This document shows, in pieces, positions 34,546 to 47,200 of a stretch of 64,000 nt of DNA. The translations under genes were made by a program, and so were the position numbers. Position 1 is the first letter of the stretch, and the number at the start of each line of letters is the position of its first letter. The notes below the pieces were generated by a model. The model saw nothing but the letters and a program-made list of their open reading frames with translations. It searched no databases and was not told the DNA's origin. Where the stretch lies: positions 51,522,001 to 51,586,000 of the forward strand of contig NC_090341.1 of the NCBI RefSeq assembly GCF_035084215.1, read 5' to 3'. The stretch is from Heptranchias perlo (taxonomy: Eukaryota).

Positions 34546-35550
34546 TATAGGGTGTTTCCAATCGTGTGAGGGTCGTTCAGCCTTGCTCGTCACAACCGAA
34601 CTCACTTATTTACGGTCAAAGGTCTGTGCTTACCCTTAGGAATCACACTGAAGGATGAGGAATAATGCAATCGACACAGGTTTCAGATTTTGAACAGTAA
34701 AAGTATGTTTAATATGTACAGCAAATCTCAATATGGCGAAAACCATGCTAACGTTCCTATAGGACTATGAACAAATAGATTACTTCCCCTTGGACTTCTT
34801 AAACTAAGCCCCTCCGTGTTCCCCTCCTCACGGCTGTTAACTCCCAACACTACACTGCTAAGGTTTAGTCCGGACATGCAGAGGTAACTCTCCACAGTAC
34901 TCTTCAGGCTGTGGTTGAAATGCTCACCCTGCTGACTTTGGCTGCCGGGTCGTATCTTCTACAATCAAAGTCCTTGGGGCCGTACCCGTTCCTTGGGGCA
35001 CGCGACTTCCTTCGGTCCTGGTTGTAGAGAGAGCGGCCTGCTCTGATCTTCTGATGTTCCAGAGCTGTGTCGTTGGTGTCCGTTTGGCATCCATGGTTCG
35101 ACCCCCTCCTTCCTGAGGCTGCAACAGTTATACTGTTTTCTGGCTGATCTCGTCAGACGGTGAAAAATGCTACGATTGGTCCCTGGAGAGAAAGCTTTGT
35201 TTGAATGTGTATTATTTTCCTGGCTCTCATCTAGCTGGTTTTGGGGGACAATGGGCACTGCTGATCTTGCGTACTGTACGAGGTGTGAACTGTTTTCAGA
35301 TGGGTTCTGTTGTCCCGACCGACTGACTTAATTATATCAACCGGTGGATTTCATTGTCTCCTGAGCCAACTTGGAGCCGGTGATCATGTACGGCAATGTC
35401 TCTATTGGGTGCGGTGGGTTTTAGTTCAAAAGCATGTCCTTTCTGGTCTGGGAACTGTGTTTTAAACAGGGTCCTTTTCGCAGCCATTTTCCCAAAACTG
35501 GGGTTTTCCCCTGGCGAATAAAATCTTGGATTAAAAATGATAATCCTACA
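34546..35550 (-). mobile_element. Solo LTR inserted in the Harbinger transposase
   Basis: Ends TATAGG (from TGTAGG) ... CCTACA, CAGG/CGGG 4-bp TSD; removal restores GFPIVQ-GAID. Confidence 0.7.
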
Positions 35551-36409
35551 CGGGGTGCCATTGATTACACGCATATAGCCGTGCTCCACATCTCAACTTG
35601 GCCATCTTTATGAACAGAAAGGGGTTCCACTCCCTCATTGTGCAGCTGGTGTGTGACCACACGCAGCGCATCATGACCTGTGCCAAGTTGGAGATGGACT
35701 CCTCCATGCCCCTTGACATTGTGCGCAGGCTTTCTGGAGACTTTCCTGTGCACCAAGCATTTGATGGTGTACACCCATCAGCCATCTTCTGTAGCCTGGC
35801 CCATCAATGTCCTCATCTGACTCCTCTGCAGCAAAACCATTGTGCGACCTCGCCCCCTCTGGCAAGCTGGCACCTGTGATATCCGTTCCCCCCCGTCCCG
35901 GCTCCTGCGCACTTGTGCCCGATATCTCGCCACGCGCTGATCCCTCCTCTAACCAAGCCTCTAAAGGACGTGCAGTGTCAGTATCTGAACTGGTGGATGC
36001 GAGTGTCAGATCAAGTGACGGTGTGACTTCATTGTCAGTATCCTCCTCCTCTGACGGTGCCGGCTCCAGTTCTTGGGTATCTGCAATGACAAAGGGAGAT
36101 GGGCATCAGAAAAGATTGTGGGATGAGGGAGAAGTGGGAAACGAAAAGGAGGATTAGGTATGCAGAGACCCCCTTTGTCGGGACCTCCAGCACTGCCAGT
36201 AGCCATGGCCACAGCAACGGCCTGCCCAATGATGCGCAGCACCGTCTCCTCCAGGGGGGGGTGACATGTCCTCCCTCGAGTCTTTCGGTCTGCCTGCTGT
36301 TATGCGCCACCTTCTCCTGTAAGACACAAGGAAATGAGTCAGTGAGTATCCTGCAATATGTTTGGTTGATCTGCCTATCATGGTCGAATAGCTGCCAGTG
36401 TGTGTGACT

Positions 36410-38165
36410 TTTTTTTTATTCGTTCATGGGATGTGGGCATCGTTGGCGAGACCAGCATTTATTGCCCGTCCCTAATTGACCTTGAGAAGGTGGTGGTGAG
36501 CCACCTTCTTGAACCGCTGCAGTCTGTGTGGTGAAGGTTCTCCTACAGTGCTGTTAGGAAGGGAGTTCCAGGATTTTGACCCAGCGACAATGAAGGAACA
36601 GCGATATATTTCCAAATCGGGATAGTCTGTGACTTGGAGGGGAACGTGCAGGTGGTGTTGTTCCCTTGTACCTGCTGCTCTTGTCCTTCTAGGTGGTAGA
36701 GGTCGCGGGTTTGGGAGGTGCTGTCGAAGAAGCCTTGGCGAGTTGCTGCAGTGCATCCTGTGGATGGTACACACTGCAGCCACTGTGCACCGGTGGTGAA
36801 GGCAGTGAATGTTTAGGGTGATGGATGGGGTGCCAATCAAGCGGGCTCCTTTGTCCTGGATGGTGTCGAGCTTCTTGAGTGTTGTTGCAGCTGCACTCAT
36901 TCAGGCAAGTGGAGAGTATTCCATCACACTCCTGACTTGTGCCTTGTAGATTGTGGAAAGGCTTTGGGGAGTCAGTAGGTGAGTCACTTGCCGCAGAATA
37001 CCCAGCCTCTGGCCTGCTCGTGTGGCCACAGTATTTATATGGCTCGTCCAGTTAAGTTTCTGGTCAATGGTGACCCCCAGGATGTTGATGGTGGGGGATT
37101 CGGCGATGGTAATACCGTTGAATGTCAAGGGGTGGTGGTTAGACTCTCTCGTTGGAGATGGTCATTGCCTGGCACTTTTCTGGCGCGAATGTTACTTGCC
37201 ACTTATGAGCCCAAGCCTGGATGTTGTCCAGGTCTTGCTGCATGCGGGCTCGGACTGCTTCATTATCTGAGGGGTTGCGAATGCAACTGAACACTGTGCA
37301 ATCATCAGCGAACATCCCCATTTCTGACCTTATGATGGAGGGAAGGTAATTGATAAAGCAGCTGAAGATTTTTTGGCCTAGGACACTGCCTTGAGGAACT
37401 CCTGCAGCAATGTCCTGGGGCTGAGATGATTGGCCACCAGCAACCATTACCATCTTCCTTTGTGCTAGGTATGACTCCAGCCACTGGAGAGTTTTCCCCG
37501 TGATTCCCATTGACTTCAATTTTACTAGGGCTCCTTGGTGCTACACTCGGTCAAATGCTGCCTTGATGTCAAGGGCAGTCACTCTCACCTCACCTCTGGA
37601 ATTCAGCTCTTTTGTCCATGTTTGGACCAAGGCTGTAATGAGGTCTGGAGCCGAGTGGTCCTGGCGGAACCCAAACTGAGCATCGGTGAGCAGGTTATTG
37701 GTGAGTAAGTGCCGCTTGATAGCACTGTCGACGACACCTTCCATCACTTTGCTGATGATCGAGAGTAGACTGATGGGGCGGTAATTGGCCAGATTTTGTC
37801 CTGCTTTTTGTGGACAGCACATACCTGGGCAATTTTCCACATTGTCGGGTAGATGCCAGTGTTGAAGCTGTACTGGAACAGTTTGGCTAGAGGCGCAGCT
37901 AGTTCTGGAGCACAGGTCTTCGGCCCTACATCCGGGATGTTGTCGGGGCCCATAGCCTTTGCTGTTTCCAGTGCACTCAGCCGTTTCTTGACATCACGTG
38001 GAGTGAATCGAATTGGCTGAAGACTGGCTTCTGTGATGGTGGGGATATCGGGAGGAGGCTGAGATGGATCATCTACTCGCCACTTCTGGCTGAAGATGGT
38101 TGCAAACGCTTCAGCCTTGTCTTTTGCACTCACGTGCTGGACTCCGCCATCGTTGAGGATGTTTG
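36410..38165 (-). mobile_element. 5'-truncated copy of the tRNA-headed LINE family
   Basis: Colinear with 3890-5658, poly(A) tail, several stops/frameshifts. Confidence 0.95.
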
Positions 38166-38799
38166 TGAATTGCAAGTGTGGTACTATATGAGGATGAGAT
38201 GCAGCATCAAAAGTGCAGCATTGCGTACGAATGGGCAGCGTTTGTTGGTGGGTGGGGTGAGGGGGATGTCGTGCGTGGAGCAGTGGTGCAGTTGGTAGGA
38301 TGTGCCACTAGACACTTGCATTCACTCACTTTGACAATTCGTGTCAAATCATTGAACTTCTTTCGGCACTGCACCCACGTGCGCGGTGCAGTGCTCCTGC
38401 CATTCGCCGCCACGACCACTTCCTCCCACTGCCTCCGCAGCTGGTGTCTGGATGGTCTCCTGCCACCCTACGGGTACAGGAAGGCTTTCCGTTCCTGCAC
38501 TCCCTCCACTAAGGCCGCCAATGCGCTGTCGGAAAACTTCAGGGCACACTCTCTTGCCGCTCCAGCCATTCTGCTTGTCATCCTGCACTGCTTCCATTGA
38601 CAGTGCATCTCCCCTTTAAGAGGTGCAGGCTAACTCTACCTAGTACTAACCATGCCCCATATCGGGCCTCCTGTCGGTGTGTGCAGCCACTCAACGCATC
38701 TCTCATGCTGTCTGCATCGGAAACAAAGGCCGCGGGTTAATCACGCACCGCGACCCCCGCGCCCGGTATCGGGCCATTTTGAATTTAACCCCCGAGGTA

Positions 38800-39475
38800 T
38801 TCAACACGTGGACCTCGGCCCTTCATCCCCCTCCTCATCTGCCTCTTCATCACCATTGTCACATCTTCCTCCTCTTCAAACGGGTACAGCTTAATGCGAG
38901 TGTGAGTGGTGACACTTCTTGTTTTGCAGACAGTCCCCGTGGTGCTGGTCACAGGACTTGCTGAGCTGTGTCGGGCAGTGTCAAGCAGCCTGGGCTGCCA
39001 CTTTGGCGGTGTTACAGTAACAGGAGGGAAGACTGGAAAGGGGCTCTTGAGGCAATCGGGGGAGGGAGACCCTCGGGCAAGAGAGAACTAAGGCTTCCTG
39101 AGCAGCACTCCTGCTCCTCCTGACCCACAAAGAACCCTAAAATAACATTTCCAACTTACCTGCTGGGTCTCTTCTGGCCCACGATTCCCCTCCTGGCAGA
39201 TCTGGCCTGACAGGGAAGCTGTCACTCCTCTTCCCCGCCCACCTCCCCCCCCCCCCCCCCCCCCCGGCTCAGGCCCCGAACTAAAATTGCATTAGGTTCC
39301 GATTTTTATATTTAAAGATCATCCTCGCTGCCTTCCTGCAGGTGCCCCACTCACCTGTTCAAAAGAGCAGGTTAACATCAGGTCACGCCGGGAAGGTAGT
39401 GGGATCGGAAAGGGGAAATTACTGCCCCTCCCCTCACCCGTTTCTGCCAGGTTGGGGGAGTTAAAATCGGGGCCA
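38800..39475. repeat. Diverged repeat also present at 45050-45640 (probable MITE family)
   Basis: Shared text TGGACCTCGGCCC.TCATCCCCCTCC .. GGTCACAGGACTTGCT .. AGAGCAGGTTAACATCAGG. Confidence 0.75.
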
Positions 39476-41039
39476 TGGCCTTTTTCTGCAGTTGTATATC
39501 TTGTAAATTCTTGCTCCATGTGCTCCACTTTATGCCCTTTGTCACCATTAAAGTTTGGTGGGGTGTAATTTATGCTCTTGGGCCCAACTTCTGACACCAT
39601 TCACAATGGAGAAAGGTCAGAGGGGGACCAATTGTTCCTTGTCCTTTTCCATAACTGTTCTAAACCCTAATGGCCCATTCATCCGACTTAAATAACATAC
39701 AAACTTAGCATGCTCTTTACTGCGGGAACTTCCTGTAATGTGAACCTGTTACGAGCCCAGCGTTAACTCCAGTGAAGCTCGGACCCATGGGAGAAGCGAG
39801 AAGATCACTCACTCCCCTCGACCAATCAGATCACAGCATTTTTGACAAGCTGCGAACAGTTTCTGCACCTTGCAACGTGAAATCCAGGTAGTGAAAGGTA
39901 CAACACTAAAATCATTTGTAAAAACAGTTATAGACTGTAAGAAATATCGAATTAAATAAGAGACAGAAGGAAAAAGTAAAACTTTTTAAATTACGAAAAA
40001 CTATTAAAATCAGGAGTAATGAGACTCCAAATTTTTTAAAGTTAAATTTTCGTTGTTTAGCGGCCATTAAGACTACCACGCTGTTCAAACTTAGTTTTAG
40101 ACCTGATATTTTTCGGCGTACCTATTTTGTGGCAATATTAATTAAAGCTGGGCAGGAGAGTAAGTTGCCGTCGATCCATTGATTCCAGCTGCAAGGTCCC
40201 TTTTAACGCGAAGCTGTCATATCACCGGCGAACCCTGGAGAGCAAGTTCTGGATTTCTTCGTTTGTCTGTACATGTGTGAACACCGGAACTTGCTCTTCC
40301 GTTTGGTCACTAACAATGGTGACACTGTTGAGCTCACCGTTCACTTTGAAGCAATCACTACTGAAACATGCTTCAATTGTCCCACTTCATTCCCCAGATC
40401 CAGCACTGCTTCCTTCCTCATTGGGCTAGAAACATACTGATCGAGAAAGTTCTCTTGTACACATTTCAGGAATTCCTCCCCCTCTTTGCCCTTTACACTG
40501 TTACTATCCTAGTCTATATTGGGATAATTGAAGTCCCCCATTATCACTACTGTATACTTCTTGCACCTTTCTGTAATTTGTCTGAAAATTTGCTCCATCT
40601 CCTTCCCACTATTTGGTGGCCTGTAGGAATCACCCAGCAGTGTAATAGCTCCTCTTTTGTTCCTTAATTTTCAGCAAATAGATTCTGCTTGGTTCTCATA
40701 GTAGAAATTCCCAATGTGTCTGGAGGCAGGTGGAGGGAGGGAGCAGCGGCACTGAATGGCAGTCCTTTGAAGGTAAGAGAACTGCCACTGTCCCCTTCCT
40801 CCTTTGTACACTATGGGAGGCAACATACTGAAGACCCTCTTGGAGCACAAGTCTTCCTTCATAGTGATTTATCTTGCAATATGTTTTGCCATCTTATCCT
40901 GACTATTATAAGCCTTTCTTTATAAATTTGGTCAGGTGTGTAATCCCTTTTATTTCTCATAAGTATGAAACTCTGCTCCAATTACTTAGTCAGCAGTCGA
41001 ATTGCAATCAATCTCGCACGCATGTTGAAGCGTTAATTT

Positions 41040-44000
41040 TGTAGGATTACTATTAATTTATCCCTATGTTTAGGGAATAACCCTATTACTCGTTCCAACC
41101 TTGAGAGGAGCAACCACAGAAACTGGTACTAAGATTACAAAACACTTTATTCGATTGCCGTACAACAATAAGCAACAGCTCTAAACAAAACTCACAACGG
41201 TTGTTAAAGTAAAATCTAAGCTGTTGGTTTAAAGTAAAATTTAAGCTGTTGGGTTAAAGGCAAAGATGACCATATGGCGACTAGTGTGAGCGTGGCTGCG
41301 GTCACTGCCCCGAGACCACACTGAAATGCACCTTGCGCGGACCAGACTAACCATAATTAAAAGCTTAAACATAACATGATAATTAACAAATTAGTGTACT
41401 GCTAAACAAAATGGACTCTGCTAAACAAGATGGACCCTGTGAAAAGACATTAAAAAATGCAGACTGAGCACAACGAACTGATTAAAAACTACAGAACCAG
41501 ACTGAATAGACAAAGACCAGACTGTCTTAAGTTGATAACAGTTGTTTTAATGTGATTGGAGGTCAATTGTTGCTGTGGGGGCCTAATTGGCTAATGTGTA
41601 ACTAAGCAAGGCGAATAATGTAATAACTGCTGGATGTCTGTACTTGTAACATATAAAAGAAGCTGAACGACCATTTTAAAATTGAGAAGGTGTCTGCGTA
41701 CACTGCGGAGTGTCAAATCCTTCTCCCAAAGCTTTGTCCAATAAACTGCATGTTGAATCTTTAAGTCTGACTTCGAGTGGTGATTTTCCCACAACAACGG
41801 TGAACAGGGTTCAGCACACGGATTGACCAGACTGTAGTTCTGGGCAAGGCCAGGAAATATCTACCGAAGTGATTCTTCCTTGTCTTCTTCATGTTGCCTC
41901 TCCTCCCGATAGTACAGTTTGTTCTCTTTTTATACAGTTAGTATTCTGGCTTCCGACTCCCATAACGGGGGCTTCCTCTGTCCTTTTTTTTGTTGCAGTG
42001 TCCAAAGTGGCGTTCTTTCCTGATCTATGTCTGTTTTCTGTTGTTTTCCTCAGCAGTAGACAAAAGTCTGTTGTTTGTGGTTAATTTACATGCTGGGTTT
42101 TCCATTAGCCAAAGAGTCAAAAGTTCATGACATTTAAATGACCCAAAACAATCCAGTATCCTACATTCCCCCGTAAATTTTCAAGGAAGTCCGATATACA
42201 TGTCACCACTGGCAGCTCAAGAGTTACTCGAATGCAACAGAAATCAAAACCTGCCTGTTGCATTTCACAGGCATTCTTAGTTGACCCCTCAAAGGCGGTT
42301 AAGGGAACCAATTTACCGGTTACTCTGGGGTGGAGTTCAGGTTGTGGGATGTGGATGATCGTGATAGCAGACCCAGTATCGATTAACATCACCTGACGCT
42401 GTCCTCCATTGATAGCGACAGAAACTAGTGGGCGATTACCCTGATCACGCCGGAACCCCCTCGGCCAGCTTTGGGGAGGCCAAATCCTGTCATTGGGTCT
42501 GGTATCTTGGTCCCCCTACCAGAGTGGACTATGGGTGATACCACCTCACCTTTGGACATTTGTCCCATTTGCTGGATGGTTATGAGGTTGGCCAACTTTT
42601 CCAGGCGGTCAACCTTTCCCGTCGAGGGTTTACCTGAGCCATCATGTCTGTCTGCTCAAAGGTTGTTTCTGAGTCTAGGACGACGGTCTCGGCTAAAATG
42701 GCCAGGCTTCTGGCACCGGTAACATCGGATACCAGCCCTAATGCCCCCGCTGTTCCACCCGCTATTGTGCGCTGGCGGTCCCTCTATGGCCTCTAGTGGT
42801 CTTTGCTGCCTTCCGGCCTATATAATCTCTAATAGAACCCTGTCCCTGGGAAGTTACCTCAATCATATTAACCCAAGGAGTGTGCCTACTAACTGCCACT
42901 CGTATAGCTGTTTTCACCAGAGGCTGCAGCTGGCAGAGGAACATTTGTTTAAAGAAGACATTGTCTCGCTCACCCAGCTGGACCAGAGCCCCATTGAGCG
43001 GAGTCAACTCGTTTAAATCGAACAGCTGATTGACAAACGACCTGAGGGTGTTCTTGTGGACCTTGCGTAGTGATTGGTCCATGCCTGATTCTTCGACCGG
43101 TGTAGTAGCTGGGAGGTAAATGCGAAGATCAATAGAAGAATGGAGACCCTGGCTCACAAGCAGCCCTGAGCACCACCACCTATCCTCATCACTCAACTCG
43201 TTATGAACTTGCTGGAAAGTAGCAGATCTCCATGAGTCATCGACATGAGCAGCTGATCTCAATAAAGCATTCTTACTTTTATTGGCCCAACACGCGTACC
43301 AACGCGTCAGCATCCGGCTCTAGCAAGGGTCTTTCGTCAATAAGTGCACTAGTGATCTGACCCGCGGCGTTACACCATGTGGCGGTGACGAGAAACGACA
43401 CTGTGCCGCCTCCCTGGGTCTCCCCTCACCACAATCAGGGTTATGATAGCGTGCCACTTACCATTCTTAAGGCATCCCAATCCACGTCATCATCCTCGTC
43501 CCTGTTCTCTCTAGCTAAACTCTTGGTGTAATTAACTGTGGAGACGAGCGCCTTTTGTCCACCCAATTTCCCTTGTAACTCATAGATCTTTAATTTGCAC
43601 TGGGTATGGTCTGCCGCTGCTACGGGCTGGGTCTTCAGTTCCCATAGGGCTCCCCTAACATTTTCTAATTACAAATTTAACCTCTTATTCTTGGCTTGCA
43701 GCATATCGCGTTCCTGTATAGCCTGCTGAGACTGATTTAACATAATGGCGACATATTTTAATCGCTGTGTGAGGAGGTTGCGGCCTTTTTCAACTTCCTC
43801 AATGTCTTCTCCCAACTCATATTTCTGTGCACCGAAGTGGGCAGCGTAATTCATCAATTGAACCGCACACATCTACTCTAGTTTTCCCCTGTTAACAAGA
43901 GCCTCTAAGTAACTCGAGGCCACCTCATACGACTCATCCATCCCCGTCAAATGGGGAATCAATTTCTCACTGCCGGCCCAGTTTCTTTTGGACGACAGCT

Positions 44001-44250
44001 CTTACAAGCGATATTATGATTACTATTACTATCGGAAGATGCCAAAGCTCCTCTGCTCCCATCCCATCACAAAACGGTTCCCTACCCCCAATGTTAGGTT
44101 GCTTTCCTTGACCGTCCAGAATGTTCGAACCCCACAGTAGAACTCTTCACAGTCAGTGTCCTGCTTCGGTCTCCAGATTTGTAACAATGCCAACCCTGAT
44201 ACCTTAAGGGTGGTGATGAGATTCTTTACTGAGGTGACCAAACCAAGCAC
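41040..44250 (-). mobile_element. LTR retroelement remnant: gag-protease, PPT and 3' LTR, pol absent
   Basis: Degenerate knuckle CYRCQKPGHFSRD (~42690-42730), protease RPLVSVAING..LIDTGSAITII (42350-42440), purine tract ACGGGGAA next to LTR 42165-41040 with TGTAGGAT/ATCCTACA ends. Confidence 0.75.
41202..41796 (+). mobile_element. Solo LTR (595 bp) nested in the previous LTR
   Basis: TGTT...AACA, perfect 5-bp TSD ACGGT (41197-41201, 41797-41801), TATAAAA ~41652, AATAAA ~41740. Confidence 0.9.
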
Positions 44251-47200
44251 AAATTAAGACAATTACAATGTTCGAACGATAGTTATAAGAACAGAACGAT
44301 GTTACCCCGTTCCCTTCTTAAGTAGAGTCATAACCAGACCGGTATTCTCTTCTCCTCTGTACCTTTACCTCTACTGCTGACCTCTTATAATCATCTGCAC
44401 TTATACTGAGCCTTGAAACGGTCAGGGAAGATAAGATTGATTGGTTATTGTCAGCTTGCTGAGTTTAGACTGGAGGGAGACGAGGCTATTCAGCCACGAG
44501 TGGCTTAATCGCAACAGGCTAAATTATTTAAGTGACAGGACATTGTCCAGAGCTACAGTGACTGAGATAAGGCTGGTGGACAATGAGCAGCTTATCTCAA
44601 TAAAGCATTCTTACTAAATTCTTTTAAAGACTTTACCTAGGATTACAGTAGCTAAGCTAAGCGCAGGTCATTTCAGCTTTTTAGTTTTAACTGTTTCATT
44701 GCCAGGCAGCGTAATTAAAATTCTTTATACACCATATCTTCCTGGGCTCTTGCTCAAATCTTCCGTGACCTGTCCATTCTTACACATGTTGCTGGAGGAC
44801 GTCATCATGAGACCCCTGATTTCTCCGATCATAGAACAGTCGTATCGGAGATCTCTCCTCTTGATTGCCTGTATGTATTTTTGAAACACTGCAAAGGCAG
44901 ACATGACCGCTTGAGGCAACCTATCCAAACCACTGAACTGTTCTGGCTGTGGAGTGTATGGAGGGAATTGATTGCTCAACACTGCCCCGTGTGTTTTAAT
45001 ATCCTTCGTTTGAAAGCAGGCCCAGTAAGGTTTCTGTCCCAGTGGAGAGGAGGGGTTCGACACATGGACCTCGGCCCCTCATCCCCCTCCCCCAACATTT
45101 TCTGCCTCTTCATCACCAGTGTCACATCTTCCTCCTCCTCAAAAGGGGACAGCTTAATGCAAGGGTGAATGGTGACACTTGTTGCTTTGCAGACAGTCCT
45201 CATGCTGCTGGTCACAGGACTTGCTAAGCTGTGTCGGGCTTTGCCCAGCAGAGTTACAGTAACAGGAGGGAAGACGGGAGGGGGGCTTTGGAGGCAATCA
45301 GGGAGGGGGAGCAAGAGAGAACTAAGGCTTCCTTGTGAGGCCTTGAGCAGCACTACTGCTCCTCCTCTCCCACAAAGGAACCAGAATAACATTTTTAAAC
45401 TTAGCTGCTGGGTCTCTTCTGGCCCACGATCCCCCTCCCGGCAGGTCTGGCCTGACGGGGAAGCCGTCACTGCTCGCCACCACCCCCCCCAACACCCAGC
45501 TCCGGCCCCGGACTAAGATTGCAGTTGGACCCTGCTGCCTTCCTGCAGGCGTTCCGCTCGCCTGCTCAGAAGAGCAGGTTAACATCAGGGCACGGTGGGG
45601 ACAGAAGGGGTAAGTGACGGCCCTCATTTTAACTGCCCCCCCATCACGCCTACTCATGAGGCCTAGTGCAGCATAGAAAGATGTTAGGCCACAGAGAGTA
45701 AACCCCAATCTGACCACTATGCTTAAGGCAGTCGTTGGTGATACTACCACGAGTTACTACTGAGGTTAACGTGCAACTGCCGAAACACACAAATCACTGC
45801 TGTGATAGAATCATAGAATGTTTACAGCACAGAAGGAAACCATTCAGCCTGTCGAATCTGTGCTGGCTCTCTCCAAGAGCAATCCAGCTAGTCCCACTCT
45901 CCCGCCCTTTCCCCGTACCCCTGCAATTTTTTTTTCCTTCAAGCACTCATCCAATTCCCTTTTAAAAGCCACGATTGAATCCGCCTCTGCCACTCTTTCA
46001 GGCAGTGCATTCCAGATCATAACTACTCGCTGTGTAAAAAAGTTTTTCCTCATTTCGCCTATGGTTCTTTTGCCAATTACCTTAAATCTGTGTCCTCTGA
46101 TTCTTCACCCTTCTGCCAATGGGAACAGCTTCTCTCTATCTACTCTGTCAAGACCTCTCATGATTTTGAATACCTCTATCAAGTCTCCTCTCAACCTTCT
46201 CTGCTCTGAGGAGAACAACCCCAGCTTCTCCAGTCTATCCACGTAACTGAAGTCCCTCATCACTGGAACCATTCTAGTAAATCTCTTCTGCACCCTCTCT
46301 AAGGCCTTCACATCCTTCCTAAAGTGCGGTGCCCAGAATTGGACACAATACTCCAGTTGTGGCCAAACCAGTGTTTTATAAAGGTTCATCATAACTTCCT
46401 TGCTTTTCTACTCTATGCCTCTATTTATAAATAGATAGGATCTCATATGCTTTTTTAACTGCTTTCTCAACCTGCCCTCCCACCTTCAGCGATGTGTGCA
46501 CATATGCCCCAAGGCCTCTCTGTCCCTGCATCCCCTTTAGAATTCTACTATTTAATTTATATTGCCTCTCCTTGTTCTTCCTACCAAAATGTATAATTTC
46601 TCACTTCTCTTCGTTAAATTACATCTGCCACAAGTCCGCCCATTCCACCAGCTACGTCCTTTTGAAGTCTATCACTATCCTCCTCACTGTTCACTACACT
46701 TCCAAGTTTTGTGTCAACTGCAAATTTTGAAATTGTGCCTTGTACACCCCTGGGGAACACCACTGTATACCTTCCTCCTGTCCAAAAAACAATCGTTCAC
46801 CATTACTCTCTGTTTCCTGTTGCTTAGCCAGTTTTGTATCCATGCTGCCACTGCCCCTTTTATTCCATGGGTTTCAACTTTGCTGACAAGCCTATAATGT
46901 GGCACTTTATCAAATGCCTTTTAGAAGTCCATATACACCACATCAACCTCATTGCCCTCATCAACCCTCTCTGTCACCTCATCAAAAAACTCAATCAGGT
47001 TAGTTAAACACAATTTGCCTTTAAGAAATTCATGTACTGGCTTTCCTTAATTAATCCAAGTGACAGTTAATTTTGTCCCAGATTATCGTTTCTAAAATTT
47101 TCCCCATCACCGAGGTTAAACTGACTGGCCTGTAGTTGCTGGGTTTATCCTTACACCCTCTTTTGAACAAGGGTGTAATGTTTGCAATTCTCCAGTCCTC

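Larger units (their letters stand above)
34350..38790. mobile_element. Degenerate Harbinger (HARBI1-like + / Myb-SANT -) with nested LTR and LINE
   Basis: SGSFQA..IAGFPIVQ | GAIDYTHIA..NRKGFHSLIVQLVCD on +; KFSDSAL..RTWVQCRKKFNDL-GTGAGT on - near 38330-38570. Confidence 0.8.

Noticed and set aside
44228-44245. Primer-binding site TGGTCACCTCAG for the gag-pro element
   Set aside because: No adjacent 5' LTR matching 41040-42165 and no tRNA match I can confirm.
44690-45063. Possible host exon (112-aa ORF)
   Set aside because: No recognisable motif or convincing splice signals; lies between repeats.
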